From Raillietiella orientalis (lineage: Eukaryota): a stretch of DNA of 64,000 bases. The stretch is taken from assembly GCA_036172245.1 (NCBI GenBank), contig JAYWIR010000041.1, positions 310,001 to 374,000 of the forward strand, read 5' to 3'. Position numbers and translations under genes: made by a program. The notes under the pieces are model-generated. The model searched no databases and was not told the DNA's origin. It worked only from the letters and a program-made list of their open reading frames with translations. This document shows, piece after piece, positions 24,401 through 38,270 of this stretch (position 1 is the first letter of the stretch; each line of letters opens with the position of its first letter).

Positions 24401-27400
24401 TGCTAACTAAATAAATGTTAATTTGCAGGTACCCTATTTGAAATTCAGTAGCTCATGGATGGAGAAATATTTTACTGAAGAATAGACAAACAAGGATGGT
24501 GATGGGGAAGGATGATGGAGCATTTTGAAATTGAGCTAATGTTTAGTTTTGGACTATTAATTAGTTATTTGTGGATATTGTGATTAATATACTAAGGAAG
24601 CCTAGAGAAAGATGCTGAAAAGGAAATAGGATACTCAAAGAGATGAATCAAAAATGGAGTATGTGCCCATTAGCTAAAAGTCAATTCATCTTTGAGATGA
24701 CATAGTTGGTATGAAGCAAAGGTATCTGAAGAAAATGGACTTTTATGAAAATAAGTTTTATCAAAATAGAAGTTTTATGATAATGAACTTCAGTTGAAAA
24801 AATTTGCCGAAACAAAACAATCTCAAAGAGCTACAAATCGTCATGCAAAAAGGTTGCTTGTGAGAAGCATGTAAAAAGAATTCTAGTAAATTTACCATTT
24901 AAAAATCCAAACGATTAAATTTAAATAAAATAGATCTATCACCAAAGAGCAACTTATACTACTTTAACAATAATGTTTTTCATTAACATAAAATAATTAC
25001 CCTAAAGTGTGCAGCATCTGTCAGGTGTAAATGGTGAAACTATAATTGGTGATCCATTTTTTTATAAGAAAAAAAATGCACTGTTGTCAACAGATGACTT
25101 GGGTCTCTGTGGCTTAAAGAATGTGAGTCATTAACACACATTTTGAAATTGATACAGGATGAACAAAAGAATGAAAATGAGCAACCACATAAGCAAGTAT
25201 ATTAGAATGGACTGCACAAAATTTGACACATGTCATACTAGATTATGAAATTTAAGAAATAATCAAAACCTTTCTATAGAATGTTCTGAGACAAAACAAT
25301 AAAGATACATTCTGGTTTCAAATTACAAAAGAAATAGATTTAGAAATTTCTAGCTTTATTGACTTTGGTATGAATGCACAAAAATACATTTCATTCATTA
25401 TGCTTTGCAATAAACTTAAGTTAAACTTAAGTTAGCAATACATAAAATCTGAGGAAACATGCAACATGTAGCATAGTTTGGAAGAAGCTTAGCATTTTTA
25501 AAAGTCTTCTAATTCTTCATATTAGACTGATAGATCCGAAAAATGAGAATGAAAGCATGCTGAAATTCAAATAAAAAGTGTTTCGAAGTTCAATTACAAG
25601 AAAGAGGCGTTTGTAAAAATGACTTTGAAAAGAAAGCAAAGAATGCAACAATTAAAGAGCTGCCTAGATATCCCCATACTGATATTTACATTCTATAAAG
25701 ATAGGTTACAACACTCCTAATCAAAACCAAAAAACAAATATACAGAAAAAAAGAAAAATATAAACAAAAGCAAAAAAACTACATGTTATCATGAAGTGTA
25801 TTTGCAAATCTTAATGTTTTCCCAACATCCTCCCCATTAGAAAGCATCTTTGATGAAATGAACATGGAATGCAGGAATGACCAGTTCAATTCCTAGTCAA
25901 AATCTTAAAGTATTCCTGATTTCATAGTTTCATTTACACTAGATTTGGGAAGTTTACAACATAGATTAATAATGCAATAAATGTCATTTTCAGTAATAGG
26001 TAGGTAGTATCTAACATGAGGTAAGAGACAACTATGCATAACCATTATTATAACCTACAATAGACACCCATTTCACCAGCCCTGCTCTCCTCTCTGTTTC
26101 TCACACTTTAGTGAAGCACTGATACTATTCTTTCAAACACAAAATGAGGAAGTTAAACAAGATTCTTGCACATCCTATAATACACAATACGTGTATCTGT
26201 GCATAAGCACACATTTGTTATTTTTCTGATGAGAAAGGAAGGTAATCACAATGGTTTAAGTGAACTCTTTCTAGGTCTTTCAAGGATACTTTTCTACTTC
26301 TCTTGAGCCACTGTGATGGATTTTGCATCCGCTTGCTTATTATTAACAAGTCTAAAAAAAACTGGTGACCCTTTTAAATTTATATTATCATGTACTAATT
26401 TGCATCTGAATCCCCTTCTCATTCTTTTGGCTATTATTGGTACCAGTATTTCTTTTCATTAATTGAAACAAGTGATCATCCTAGCAGCAGTTTTCATAAA
26501 ACTAATGAGAATAAGCCTACCCATGTAGCTTTTGTAATCTCACCCATCTAACGAGGTCCTTTTACAATCAAAGCAATTTGATCCACCATATGCTCAAACA
26601 ATATAACAAATGAAATTTTCTGTTAATTTATTTTTATTTAATGAAATTTTGAATTCAGATGATATTCCATTTGAATATAGTCCACTAATCAGCAACATGG
26701 TTCAGTAAGCTGGACCATTAACTTTAGATGGATTTCTTGAATCTCTCGATCTTTAGCTTAAATTCAATGTAAGTGAATATGCACAACAAAAGTATCCAAT
26801 ATATCCTGAGTTCTGCCTAAATTTCCTGAGTTCCATTAGTTTTCTTCTTTTGGAAACACTGAACATAACCAGTGAAACATAAAACATTACATCCTAGTCA
26901 CATGATACATAATTCATGTTTCATGAATTTTCAACGAGAATTTATTCATTACATGGTGAATTATGCCAAAAACTATTCTATGAATCTCTTTTCCATTAAA
27001 TCAAAGAATTCCATTCAAACATGAACACATTTTATGCTAGAGATTGGTGCCTTTCCTGTCTCCAAAGTATGACTATTGCAATTCTTGAACTGATGGTTTC
27101 TTCATTCATACATTATTATGATTATAGTTTATTTAAATCAAAATAGGTCTTATAAAATTTAGGAACTCCCTAGCTCAATTATTTTTCAGGTGAGTGTTGT
27201 GGCCTTAATCCATAAACTTAAGAATTGCTTCCATTTGTCAATAGTCATCATAGCAACCATTTCAGTTCACTTGTTTCTATCTTATCTTTGAAAGATACTA
27301 AGAAAATGAATCATGCTTAAAAAAAGACTATTCATTTACAGCTCATATATTCACTTGACTTAATTTTAAAAGTAGCTATATCAATTGAATTTCTGTGACT

Positions 27401-28183
27401 TGAATTGCGAAAAAATAATTATTACAGTAATAACTCGATAAAACTTTTCAAAGTGGAGTGTTTCTTTTAAAGCTCAAAATTATCCATAAAAAGTGGAAAT
27501 TATAGTTATTACGTGAACAGTTATGAAGTTAGCAAAAATTAACAAAAAACTTTTTGATCTAAAAATACTTGACAAAAGACACACTACTCAAGAAAACTGA
27601 AAAATGTTTCAAAAAATGCGACACAATTACTACTGAAACAACAAGCACCATTATCATGCTTGGTGCAAGCAACAACTTAGTAAAAGTAATAAATAACTAT
27701 TCCAGTCCTCTTTAGGAAGAATAAATCATATATTATTTTGCCATAATAATATAACGAAAATGATTTTCCATAATGCAATAGAATGATATGCTATAACTCA
27801 CTTTCTGACATGCACACAGGGAAAAAAAATATTACCTGATTGTCTCAAGCTAACACAGCTATCTGGAGTAGATGACATTGTCAAAAGAGTTCTACTCATG
27901 TCTTCTTTATCACATGCTTGTAGCATTAACAGCAGATTATACATCATTTCAGACCTAGCATCTAAAAGTGTATGATTTTCTTGAAGATTGTTGTTGTTAT
28001 TTGTTATGCTTGAAGAACAATCCATCAAGTTTTCCTAAAAGTTGTTCAATAATCATATACAAAATACAAACTTATATATGAAAATACCTCTGAATAAGAT
28101 TCCTTTGACAATTGACCAAAGAAGGAAGGTCCACTATGCCACAGTGTTTTTTCATGAATCCAAGTTTCATGATTTGTGTTCAT
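15450..28183 (-). CDS. Apc: Adenomatous polyposis coli homolog (Armadillo repeats, 15/20-aa beta-catenin-binding repeats, sequence B/CID, three SAMP repeats); ~1406 aa
   Basis: Hand-spliced exons (minus): 28183-28088, 28034-27836, 23224-22506, 18883-18735, 18688-17418, 17360-17216, 17177-17083, 17040-16734, 16689-15450; total 4221 nt, in frame. Motifs: DKEDMSRTLLTMSSTPDSCVSLRQSG, MKLSFDEGHRQAMCELG, LRRYACMALTNLTFGD, VLRNLSWRAD, ALWNLSAHC, IIENAGGILRN, VVSNACGTLWNLSAR, DTPLMFSRCSSLGSLSS, YCTEGTP. SAMP-like: LLARCIASAFPR, MLELCIQSALPK, LLDQVISSGMPK. The ATG at 28183 is preceded by an in-frame TAA. Confidence 0.95.
19570..20000 (-). mobile_element. Decayed non-LTR retrotransposon 3' fragment (end of RNase H plus CCHC region) in an APC intron
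   Basis: HFGGNDEIDKLAQ resembles the RNase H HxGxxGNExADxLAK motif. After a frameshift, HRYHGVFRT...FCNS...ALIFKCK resembles the GHGxF...CxxC...HLxFxC tail. Confidence 0.45.
26300..26860 (-). mobile_element. Highly decayed CR1/L2-like LINE fragment in APC intron
   Basis: Only short motif-like remnants (MKTAARMIT resembling QNxAARxI; RNLG). Confidence 0.2.
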
Positions 28184-31100
28184 GCTTTAGCTCAGGAAAA
28201 GAACTAGCTCCACAATCATGTATGTAATTTCTTTACGATGCAAAGCTATATTTAATCAAAAATATAGCCACAATGAAGCTTTGCTTAAATATAAAAAAAA
28301 TTAAGTTTAAATACCACTGACATATTTTATGTATGCCAATTATTTGTTAGAAAATAGTAATACCAAATGATTAATTTTTTATTATGATTCATCTCTTTAA
28401 TGGACAGTTAAATGTCCCCTCAATTCAGTTGATATACTTTTCTAAAATAGTTGTATATTTCTTTCAAGAGCAGGAAATTTAAATAGTTCTTTTATTTTTC
28501 ATTTCACTCCCTTTCTGACAAAGACAATAGTACCAATTGACTTCACCCACAACCTGAAATCAGCATCACATGCAATCTGCTGATATCAAGATTCAACTAC
28601 TCTTTGTGCTCCTCACACAGTAATTGACATACGATTATAGAAAACTTGTTACATAAACAGAACAGTTATTAGCTAATTACAAACAGGACTATGTGAAATA
28701 GTGATAAAGTTTTGCATCACTGAGTACATCTTGCAAATATAAATCTTATTCATAAAATGTGAAATCAAATCAACTATCCAATAACCTGAACTTTTGATGA
28801 TCTATACGAAAGAATCTTTAACTTGGAAATTTTATCACTAAACAATCTTAAAATGCACGAAGTTTTTTTAAAGCCATTTATTAAATTAAACTATACTAAG
28901 TAAACTGAAACTAATTACTTCGACACTAGTTCCTTACTGGGGCAAAAACAAAACAGCATAATGCTTGGTGAATTGCAATTGGGTAAAGCTCCAACTGCAA
29001 TTGCTTTCACAATCAATCATTATATGTTCAATACCTTATATTTTATATACTGTTGAGAATTTTCGGACTCAACTAAACAGAATAACACCACCTTTTGCCC
29101 AGCTGCATACATGTGTACCCAGTATGATATTTCGAATTATTCCAGATAGTACCATTACTTTTATCTACAAAGTTTAATTAATTATACGGATCGTGTAATA
29201 AAATCCGGTTAGCATTCTCTGTTTTACTTCCAAAATGAAAAACATATTGCATTAAGCGAACTAACCTTATTAGGCAAATGAAGTTCACAATTGATGCAAA
29301 TACGTTTATCCTAAGATTCACACCTCCTTTATGTTTTAATTTCATTAATGATGCTCACCGCTCACAAAACTGGGATGTACGTTTTGTTTCTTTGATACCT
29401 TTAGTAAACAAAGCAAGATCGTAGACCCAAAGCTTCAGATTATATAGGCAAGTAGTTTCAAATTGGCTAGCTATGTATTCAGTTAATGACTAACAAAAAT
29501 TCAAAGAATAAACAGTAATTCGTTAATTACGTGCAATATTTAAATGAAAGTAGTGATGCAGCCATAAGACCATCGTTCACCATAAAGTGTTAGATTTACG
29601 ATCAAGCGTAGCTAACGTTTGCGATAATTTCTTTAACTTTTCTTGTTTCGAAGATCGGTACAGAAAAAAAAAAATACCACGACCAAAATACTTTTTAAAT
29701 TACTTGCATTTGTTTTGAGTTACTTTTATTTCTGCAACAGTATTTTTTGCTTTCAGGAAAATTACATTTATTATCACCTTTAATCTGAAATTGGATGTCT
29801 TCTCTTTTGTGGATTATGCAGATAAATTATAAGCAAACAGATGGTAATTTACAAGAAACTATGCTAAAAAGCTCACTATCAAAAATAGAGCTTACACGGA
29901 TTGGATGGACTGTTCTTAAATAGTGCACCTGTTTAAAAGTTTAAATAAATTTTGGTATTTATATTAGAGTATTTTCATTTTCCTGGGTTGGTAACTCACT
30001 TTTTCACCCTAGAAAAATGTAGGTATGGATTTTCACTGTAATAATCATGTTTTGAGAAGAAGTACGGATTTTAGAATTTAGGATTAGTGATGGTTTTAGA
30101 ATTAGAATTAGTGATTGTTCCTAATAATGATTTTTTACACTACACATTATCTATATAGCGGCTACAATCAACTACCCACACTGCATCCTTGAGAAAACAA
30201 AAACAAAAAGAAACTTTTACAGAATGAGGACCTGAATGCTCTCAGTCGTTTAAAAAATATTGAGAAAAATCATTTGCTATCAATTGCTGTCTAAACACTT
30301 GGATAAGTATTCATAGAAAGTCCAAATTTTATTATAGCTGACAGTGAAATTAACAAGAGTAACTCATGATCCTAGTTACACTATCCGAGAAAAAAGCAAT
30401 CGAATGGATGATAGAAAGATGCCTTTTTTTTTGATAAGTCATAAGATCTGTTTTGGAAAACTTGAAAAATATTGATCAGTAATTTAGGAACATCACTGCT
30501 TTCAACTGAGGGCAAATTACTTAGAAAATTCAGTTTTTTAATCTTCACTGAATCCATTGTAATGCTATATCTTAATACCCATATATCTTCATGCCCATAT
30601 ATCTGACTGAATGACTTATCTATTGCACTCATCGTGCCTGAAAATTCTATTTAGATCATCAAGCACCTTTTGCCGCCCTGTGATCTTAAATTGGTACTTC
30701 TAAAATTTGAATTACCGCTGCAAACTAGATACATTATTTGCTGATTTTTAGAAGACTCAGTAACAATGAACTTTAACATGGTAATTATGCGTGCAGATTT
30801 AAATGATGATGTAATTGCTGATCAGAAAATTGGGCTATGGAAAATTTCCATATAAAGTTGCTGGTAATTGAGACAAACGGAACTGTGCCCTCTACGCCGT
30901 AAATTCGTTTATATTCTATGTTCTGCTCCCTCTGAATTCTTATACAATCATACTATTAAGAATGCATTAATATATTGAAGGCATGCTTGTAAGGAAATTT
31001 GAATTCCAAACATCTATTACTGAATTCCATGAGAAATAATTATAGCATTAATGTTCATTATAAACATCATGATACATTCTGCATCTTTTTTTTATAGAAC

Positions 31101-31839
31101 TAAATCAAATTTTTTTCAGAATGTTCTTGATTGTAAAAATTGCAAAAAAGCAGCCAGCGAATTGGTGTCACGAAATCATGCAAAAGAGAACAGACACGCT
31201 TTAGGATTACTATCAATTCTTCATAAATGAAATTTGAGGACACAAAAATGGTGCACAATTCGATGTGTTGAAACTCACTTTGGATTCATTTCTTAAGATA
31301 ATCCTAATGAGTAAAGATGAATTATTTTTACTCCAACAGAAATAAAAGTCGGCATTATAAAAGTTAAAAAGCATGGAATTGAAAAGTTGACATTTTCCCT
31401 TGCCACTGACGATTTGGAGATAAAAGGAAGCTGCAAGTCAACTTTATGTAAAGCAGCAAATTACATTTATGTATAAACAAACAAGAAGCAGCATTATTCA
31501 CACAAATCGATGAATTCTGAAAAATAAATGAAAACACCTTGTTGGAGGAATCTTAATACAAATTGAAGAGCTTTAATTACTTTGGAGCATTGAAGCCACG
31601 AGACTATTCATTACAAGTTTTTTATAGGCTTACGAAAATAATGTCTGAGAAATCTCACAGAATGATCAAAAACAATAGAAGCACATATGACCAATGATAC
31701 GTGGCTATTCAATTCCTGAACGCAGAACTTATCATTTGCACGTAATCTCAGAGAACTAAAAGAAAATTTTTAAAATCTAGTATCGATATTACTGATTCAT
31801 ACAGTAAAATCCTGGTTTGTATGCTGGAGTATGTATGCT

Positions 31840-31935
31840 TATTCGAGTTTGCTAATCTGCCACATTATCTTTTTATCACAAGAAATACCTTGGATATTGG
31901 GAAAGGCTGAATTGCGTCCTTTGCCAAAACTTAAA
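31840..31935 (+). mobile_element. Decayed LINE reverse-transcriptase N-terminal fragment
   Basis: LLICHIIFLSQEIPWILGKAELRPLPK resembles the LxxxL...IPxxWKxAxIxPIxK RT motif. Confidence 0.35.
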
Positions 31936-32349
31936 ATAATTTATATCAAAGTTCTCGATGAAAATATTTCTTCATGGTCTGAAATGTTTTGATGCAAAGA
32001 GGGGGGGGGGGGATTTCAAGGGAATATTAGTGTACTGCTGTTAAGGAGAATAGTGACTTAATGATATCAACATCACCATATGTGCTGAGGAAGCTTTGTA
32101 TTCAATATGTGTGATAAAAGATCCGAGCATGAAAGTTCTGAAGAAAACAGCTAATTGTAATATAAAGGTATTAGATTTGCTCATCTAAATAACTCCATTC
32201 CGAAAACCCATTGGAAATCATTGGAATCCATTGGAAATCAACTTAGAGTACTGAATTATTAATATCCATGACCGTACCAACTACTTTCACTGTTTCTCTG
32301 CTTATTATGCCATAGAAAAATTGCAATAACGGTTTAATTTCCTGGTTCA

Positions 32350-32500
32350 TTAGGGAATTGAAATGTTTATTGTAATGCGATGGAAAATATTCAAGGAAGG
32401 CATCGCCAGGGCAATCCCGAGATTCTTCACAGAGGAATGACATATATAATCACTTCCGATGATTGTGTGTGAAACTAGGCTGAAATAAAAGTTCTTTTTT
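32350..32500 (-). mobile_element. Decayed LINE RT thumb-region fragment
   Basis: SSVKNLGIALAMPSLNIFHRI resembles VKxLGVxLDxxLxFxxHI of CR1/L2-type RT. Confidence 0.35.
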
Positions 32501-34043
32501 AGAAAAGAAGTTGTTCGAGACACTGGAGATTCCAGACGTTTCATGCATTTATTTTTATGCGAGTTTTCAGTAAGTTTTTGTCCGTGTTTTCATATGCAAA
32601 TATCAGCATCATCAGGAAAAAAATAGTAAAATTCTCTTTCGTGCTATCAAATATCTTTAAAAAAGACTAAATAACATTGCTATCATTACTCATCTTGCGA
32701 CTTGATTCATGCTGCACTATTAAATAAAAGGGCTATTAGAAACGATAGAAGCACAGTAAAAGGAAGGAAAAATAACCCTCAAATAACCCGAGTGTGAAGT
32801 TGAAACATAGATTTATATTTTGCACTTGTAAGAGAAAAATGAAAGGACGAATGCATGCATGTGAATACAAAAGAAGTTAAGCATCCTTCGATGCTGCGAC
32901 TTTAATACAAATGCATCCCAATATAAGCAAGCAATGCAAGCAAATGATACTTATTTATAACAGAAAATTTCGTACCTTGCAAATTAATAAATCACAAAAA
33001 CCGAAACATTGTTTGTTTCATAGGAGGGTTGTTCGTTTTTCTATAATAACCTATAATTGCAAATGCGCTGTTTACTTATAGTATTTAGTTTTGTTTCCGA
33101 AAAGGATAGATTTTAAGGTTCCGAACTTAAAGTAATCTTTGTTTTTCACTACAAGAAAGGAATGGAAACTCAAGATCATTTCAACAATTGCAAGCTGATA
33201 TTATTTTTAGTTTCACATTTGCTGTTTTGAAGATCATGGATGTCTTCTATCTACTTTTTGTAATCAAGGTTTAGGTTAGGACGCAGAATTTATCTCTTGC
33301 ATCCTGAAAGAAAAAAACAAGGCATGTAGAGCATCCAAAAGTTAAAAAATATATATTTTCAGTTTTTTTTAAGATCCATTTTTGCACCAATGTAAACTAA
33401 AAGTATTGAATTTGCTGATGGACTCTGAATTCAAAACTATTAGCAAATCTGCTAGTGTTAGTTTAAGTGTGGATGTCTTATGAATAAATACTTCATCTGC
33501 TATACATTTATAACGCATATCCCTAGTTCATTACAAATGTATTCTGTTTTATGAGCTATACAATTGCATGGAAACAGTATAAACAGTTAAACAGGACCCC
33601 CCCCAAAATACTCTTCTACCTCTCCGATTGTACAGAATTTTTTAATGAAGAAAGCACCGACCATTCCGTTTTATTTGCCAACACCTTGTGTGTTCTCTTC
33701 CATGAATCCATAATGATCATTCGTAAGGATGAATATAGATATGACCAAAAGTGGAATTTGAGCATGGTGCTCATGCAGAAAAGAGAATCTTTTTTTCAAG
33801 GATTTTGATTTTTCAGCTTGCGTATCTTAGGATTTTTCTGGAACATTCGCATACATTTCAGAATTGCGAGTAGGATGGTCCATCCATCATGACCACCAAC
33901 TGCAACAGCATGTAGAGGTGGTGAATCTCTTCAAACCATAGCTTTCTTTCTTAAGACATTGTAATGTTGAAATGGCCCTCCCTCCCCAGTGAAATATAAA
34001 TCGGTAATCAATTTGCCTTTTCTTAAGAGGCATTTATTGCATA

Positions 34044-34696
34044 ATGGCTGGTAGTAGATTGCATAAAGTGGGTACAATATATTCCAGGTATTCCAAATTT
34101 CTCCACATTTCGTAATAAATCAAAAAATAGTGAATTTAGTTATCAAGAATTCTGATTTTTTTTACATCGAAAAGTATGATTGGCTTTCACGTAAAATGTC
34201 AGAAGAGGCGCTGTTGTGGCATAAACATTCTCGTGTTTATTCGAAATGCCCAATCCTTGAAAGTAACTAATTGTCACTTTTTGGATACTTTTAGACTTTC
34301 TGGACTGATCAAAGCTGGCGCCATAACAGATGATATTCCAATTTGGTTGGAAGTGTATGAACATTTTCCTCCAAAATATGAACCGTGTTTTGATAAGCCA
34401 GAACCTGAAATGGAAATAAAACCAATTTTCTATCATGAAGATAAGATTAGAGCGTATGATAACAAAAATTTTCGAATTTTATTTCCCTAATCTTTTACAG
34501 CAAATTTCAGAAACGATTTGGATCACCAGGAGTAATAAACTTATTGTCTAAAAAGCCTACATTATCACAGTGCTTTGTTGATTCCTATCTACAGCTTGAA
34601 AAAGATAGTCAGCATACTTCTGATGATGATATCTTTGAAGGAGCAGCAAAAAAATTCAAAGAAGCATACCCATATTTAAATTTAAATGAGAAGTAA
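34044..34696 (+). CDS. mRpS23: Mitochondrial ribosomal protein S23 (mS23), 132 aa
   Basis: Exons 34044-34087, 34295-34453, 34501-34696 (399 nt, in frame, GT-AG). Translation MAGSRLHKVGTIYSRLSGLIKAGAITDDIPIWLEVYEHFPPKYEP...IFYHEDKIRAKFQKRFG matches the MRPS23 family signature. Confidence 0.93.
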
Positions 34697-37600
34697 AGAA
34701 ATTTTGATATGTAACCATTTAGAACTAGCAGCTTATGCTGTTTTGCTCTGAGGGTTAATTCAATTTCGAGTGTCTGCAGACTTCATTTTTATTTGGTAAA
34801 GGGGATCAAAACACATTAATAGTAAAATCATATTTCTGGATTACAATTAAGACAAAAAATGTTTTCAGTTGGAAGTAACTTACACACTTCATCTGTTGAG
34901 GTTAAGTGATTGCATGAAATCATATGCTTTATAATAAATAACTTGTATAAAGTGGTGTTTGAAATTAAAAGTTGATATGTTACTTCAATCCCAGAAGCCA
35001 TTCCTTGGTTGAAAGACTTAAACTTGTAGTCAAGGCCAAGATTCTCTTGTTAGATTTATAAGTGTGTTTGATATAGAAGTATGCATACTAGCTTATTTAC
35101 AGATTGCCTTCCAAGAGGATTAACTTAGAATATTGTGTGTGTACTGCAATTAATTGGTAAATTTAAAGTAATAATTATTTTAAATTTCAAATTTTTCAAA
35201 TAATTTAAATTGTTTTGTATTGGAAAAGTAACAATGCTAATGAGCAACTGATTTATTTTGGTGAATTTTTATGTTGGTCATTGTTATCAAATTGCTAAGC
35301 TGCAAATGTCTTAATGCATTGGAGATATTTGTATGTGTCAGAGACTCAATGTACAAGCTTCTTTTCATTTTCGTTTTTATTTTTCCACTGCAAGTTTTTA
35401 CATTTGTATGTAAGTAATATCCCTTTCATACATATCATAGTTGCTGTTAGGGAGAGCAGACTTTAATTTTTTTACTTGAATTTTTAATTATCGTCTATAA
35501 TTTTTTCTTGATCAAACATTGTTAAACTGACAATATTGATAAGTATGAAAGTGATTTGTCTAAAGGTATGAAACGAGGGCATTTCAAATTAGTTCTCCTC
35601 AAGCTGCAAAACTTTTTTTATGTCCATAAATGCTTAACATTTAATTTCTATACATATGTTGCTGACCATTTAAAATATATTTTTTTACTTTGCAAGTATA
35701 AGCTCATATGCTTTTAAGTTTCATGGACATTCCTTTCCTGCAAATGAATAACTCTTAATTCATTGCTTTTAGAGTTGCATTTGCATAATAATGTTAGATC
35801 ACCAGAAAATATCTGTAAACGTAAAGTAAAAGTGCAATGTGTTATTTGTGTGAAACTTTTAGCTTTCAGTAGCACATTGATGACTTAAGGAGAAATTCAG
35901 GTTTCACCTTATTTCATTTCAATTTTATCAGCTTTGCATTTAACTTTTATTAATTCCTATTTGCTGTTTGCAAAATTAGAAATTCTTATAGAAAATTAAA
36001 TTGTGTAGAAATTCTTATTATATTGTGTGATAGCACTGGAATAAAAAGTATGTAAGTATGATGAAGCTCGTTGGGCAATGATTTTTTGATGCATGAAATT
36101 GAAAGTGCTAGAACAATGGTTTGGTAAATTTGGAAAAGCTTTATTCTTTAAGCATATCAAATGTATAGCACAGTTGGGAAAGATAGCTCTGTTCAGTGCT
36201 GTTCATTGAATATCCAACATTATGATGGCAATATATTTATTTTTATGATTGTCTTATTCATTCAATTTAGTTACATTGGATTCTTTGTGCTGTTGTGTCA
36301 CTGTTACATTTCATTCATTTTGTTGTGACATTGCAGTATACATGACTCAAGTCATGTGGTTGATGCACTGTTTGATTTTTGCACTGCATTCTGTTCTAAT
36401 GATGTACAATCATTTATTGTGCATGGTGTGTATAGCAGAGAATCTTATTTATCATGCTCATTATGAACAGCAAACAAACCTTTAGATCAAATGCGTGTGT
36501 GGTGTCTGTATCCAGTTTCCTTTGTTTGTCTCTGTAGTTCCTGGACCTGGACGAAGTCTACTTTAACTATTTTAACCTCATTTGGAACTGTTGCATTCTT
36601 TAGTTCCATGAATTTTAATTGCAGATTGTAAATATTTCATGATTCGCTTTTGAAAAAAGCACACATTTCTTAAATGTGATGAACGACTATCGATTATATA
36701 TAAATAATCAAGTTTTAATTTCTATCTCCAGACCAAATTCTTTGAATCCTCGTTCGTGTTCGCTCATTATCTGCCCCATAGTATTGCTTTCCATTTTTCT
36801 GTATGAAGCAACATTGTACTGCCGAATATTTACTACGCTTATTTGGTACGACGCCGTCGACTTAAAAGGACTTTCCTGTGACGACCACTGTGCGTTGTTT
36901 TCGCGATTGCTTGGAAGCATCCTTCTTCCTATTCTCTTTGTTTTGAAGTCATCAAACAGATCTTCAATTCTTTTTGTGAGATGAAATGAGTTAATTCTCA
37001 TAAGCACGAGTTATTTTTGATCGGATTTCCCCCCCCCCCTCTGACCACAGACCAAGTTCTTAAACACATCGAATCCATGAAAAATTAGCTCTGCAGATGC
37101 GTGCGCCAAAGACTGGATGGGAAAAGTTGGGTGACAGATGAAGCTATAAATCAAACCGACTAATCCGACGAAGCATTTTTTACCCAAAGCCACATAACCC
37201 GTTTACCAAACACATCCTCTCTTCGTCACGTTGACACCGGACGATCTGCTTTCAGTTTATGCAACGTAAACGATTCCGGGATTCGTTACATTCGGGACTC
37301 GCTGTGCTCTTAGTGTCCACTTCGTGTCCGGAGTGGAGCCGAATTTCTTCTTACTGTAAACTTCCGTGCATCACTCGATGGCTTCGGCAGTCCTGCATCT
37401 GCAATTCATGTCTGCGACGACTCGTAGCAGCTCCCTGGTCCGTCAAAACCTCAGCAACGGAAAGGATGCAACACTTGGCGCGGTGAAGGAACGCTATTTA
37501 TTTCCGATCCTCCCCTCCCCCCCCCCCTCCAAACGCTATTTCATCTTTGTTAGGTTATTTCCTTTGGAACCATAATTGTATTAAAGTTTGTCTGATATTC

Positions 37601-38270
37601 TTCACTGAAACTCCTTCAGGTGTTTCTGCTGGATTATAAGGGAGCCGCTTCGAAGAAAACACAACTCGAATGTTTTTCGAGTTTCCTTCTTGGAAACATT
37701 CGAATGCTTGTTCCTTTGCAGCTGCGAATTCCGTCACCTCTTCATGATCAATTCAGATGAATAGTTTACATCACAAAATCAAATGATCTGCATCACTCTT
37801 AATGCAATCGTTTTTCGCTATGCAGGCTTCTGTGTTTTTCCCGTTTTCAGTGTCTTCGTGGAATCGCTTCTGCTTGAGTTAATAAACATTCTCGTTCCCA
37901 TGTCTTTCTCCCTCAATCGTCGAAATTCTTTTCCAGTCCTCTATGCATGTGCTCTGAACTGCCCGTCTTTTCCTTTTATTCCGCACCCAACACGTCACGG
38001 TATTTTAACTTCATTGCCCTCAAGGAAGTTAGCTGGCACTTTGTCACTATCTGAGTTTGGAACATACGCACCGATCCACTGGAACAGTGCAACTCTCGCA
38101 GAGATCTCCGTGAAGATCATTTCGCACAAAACAAAAAAGAAAAACCCGCTCATGGAATTCAATGAGATTGCATTTTTTTTATGAGATGGAATCGGTCAAA
38201 CTTCAGCTCCCACAAGGAAATTCGAAGGAATTGATTCCGATGTGTTTATCGCCTGGATATGCCGGGGCAT

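Noticed and set aside
33860..33940. PLHAVAVGGH ankyrin-like peptide on the minus strand
   Set aside because: A single short match flanked by stops, with no exon structure.
36676..37740. Cluster of short minus-strand ORFs as a possible gene
   Set aside because: They could not be joined by credible splice sites and no homology was recognised.
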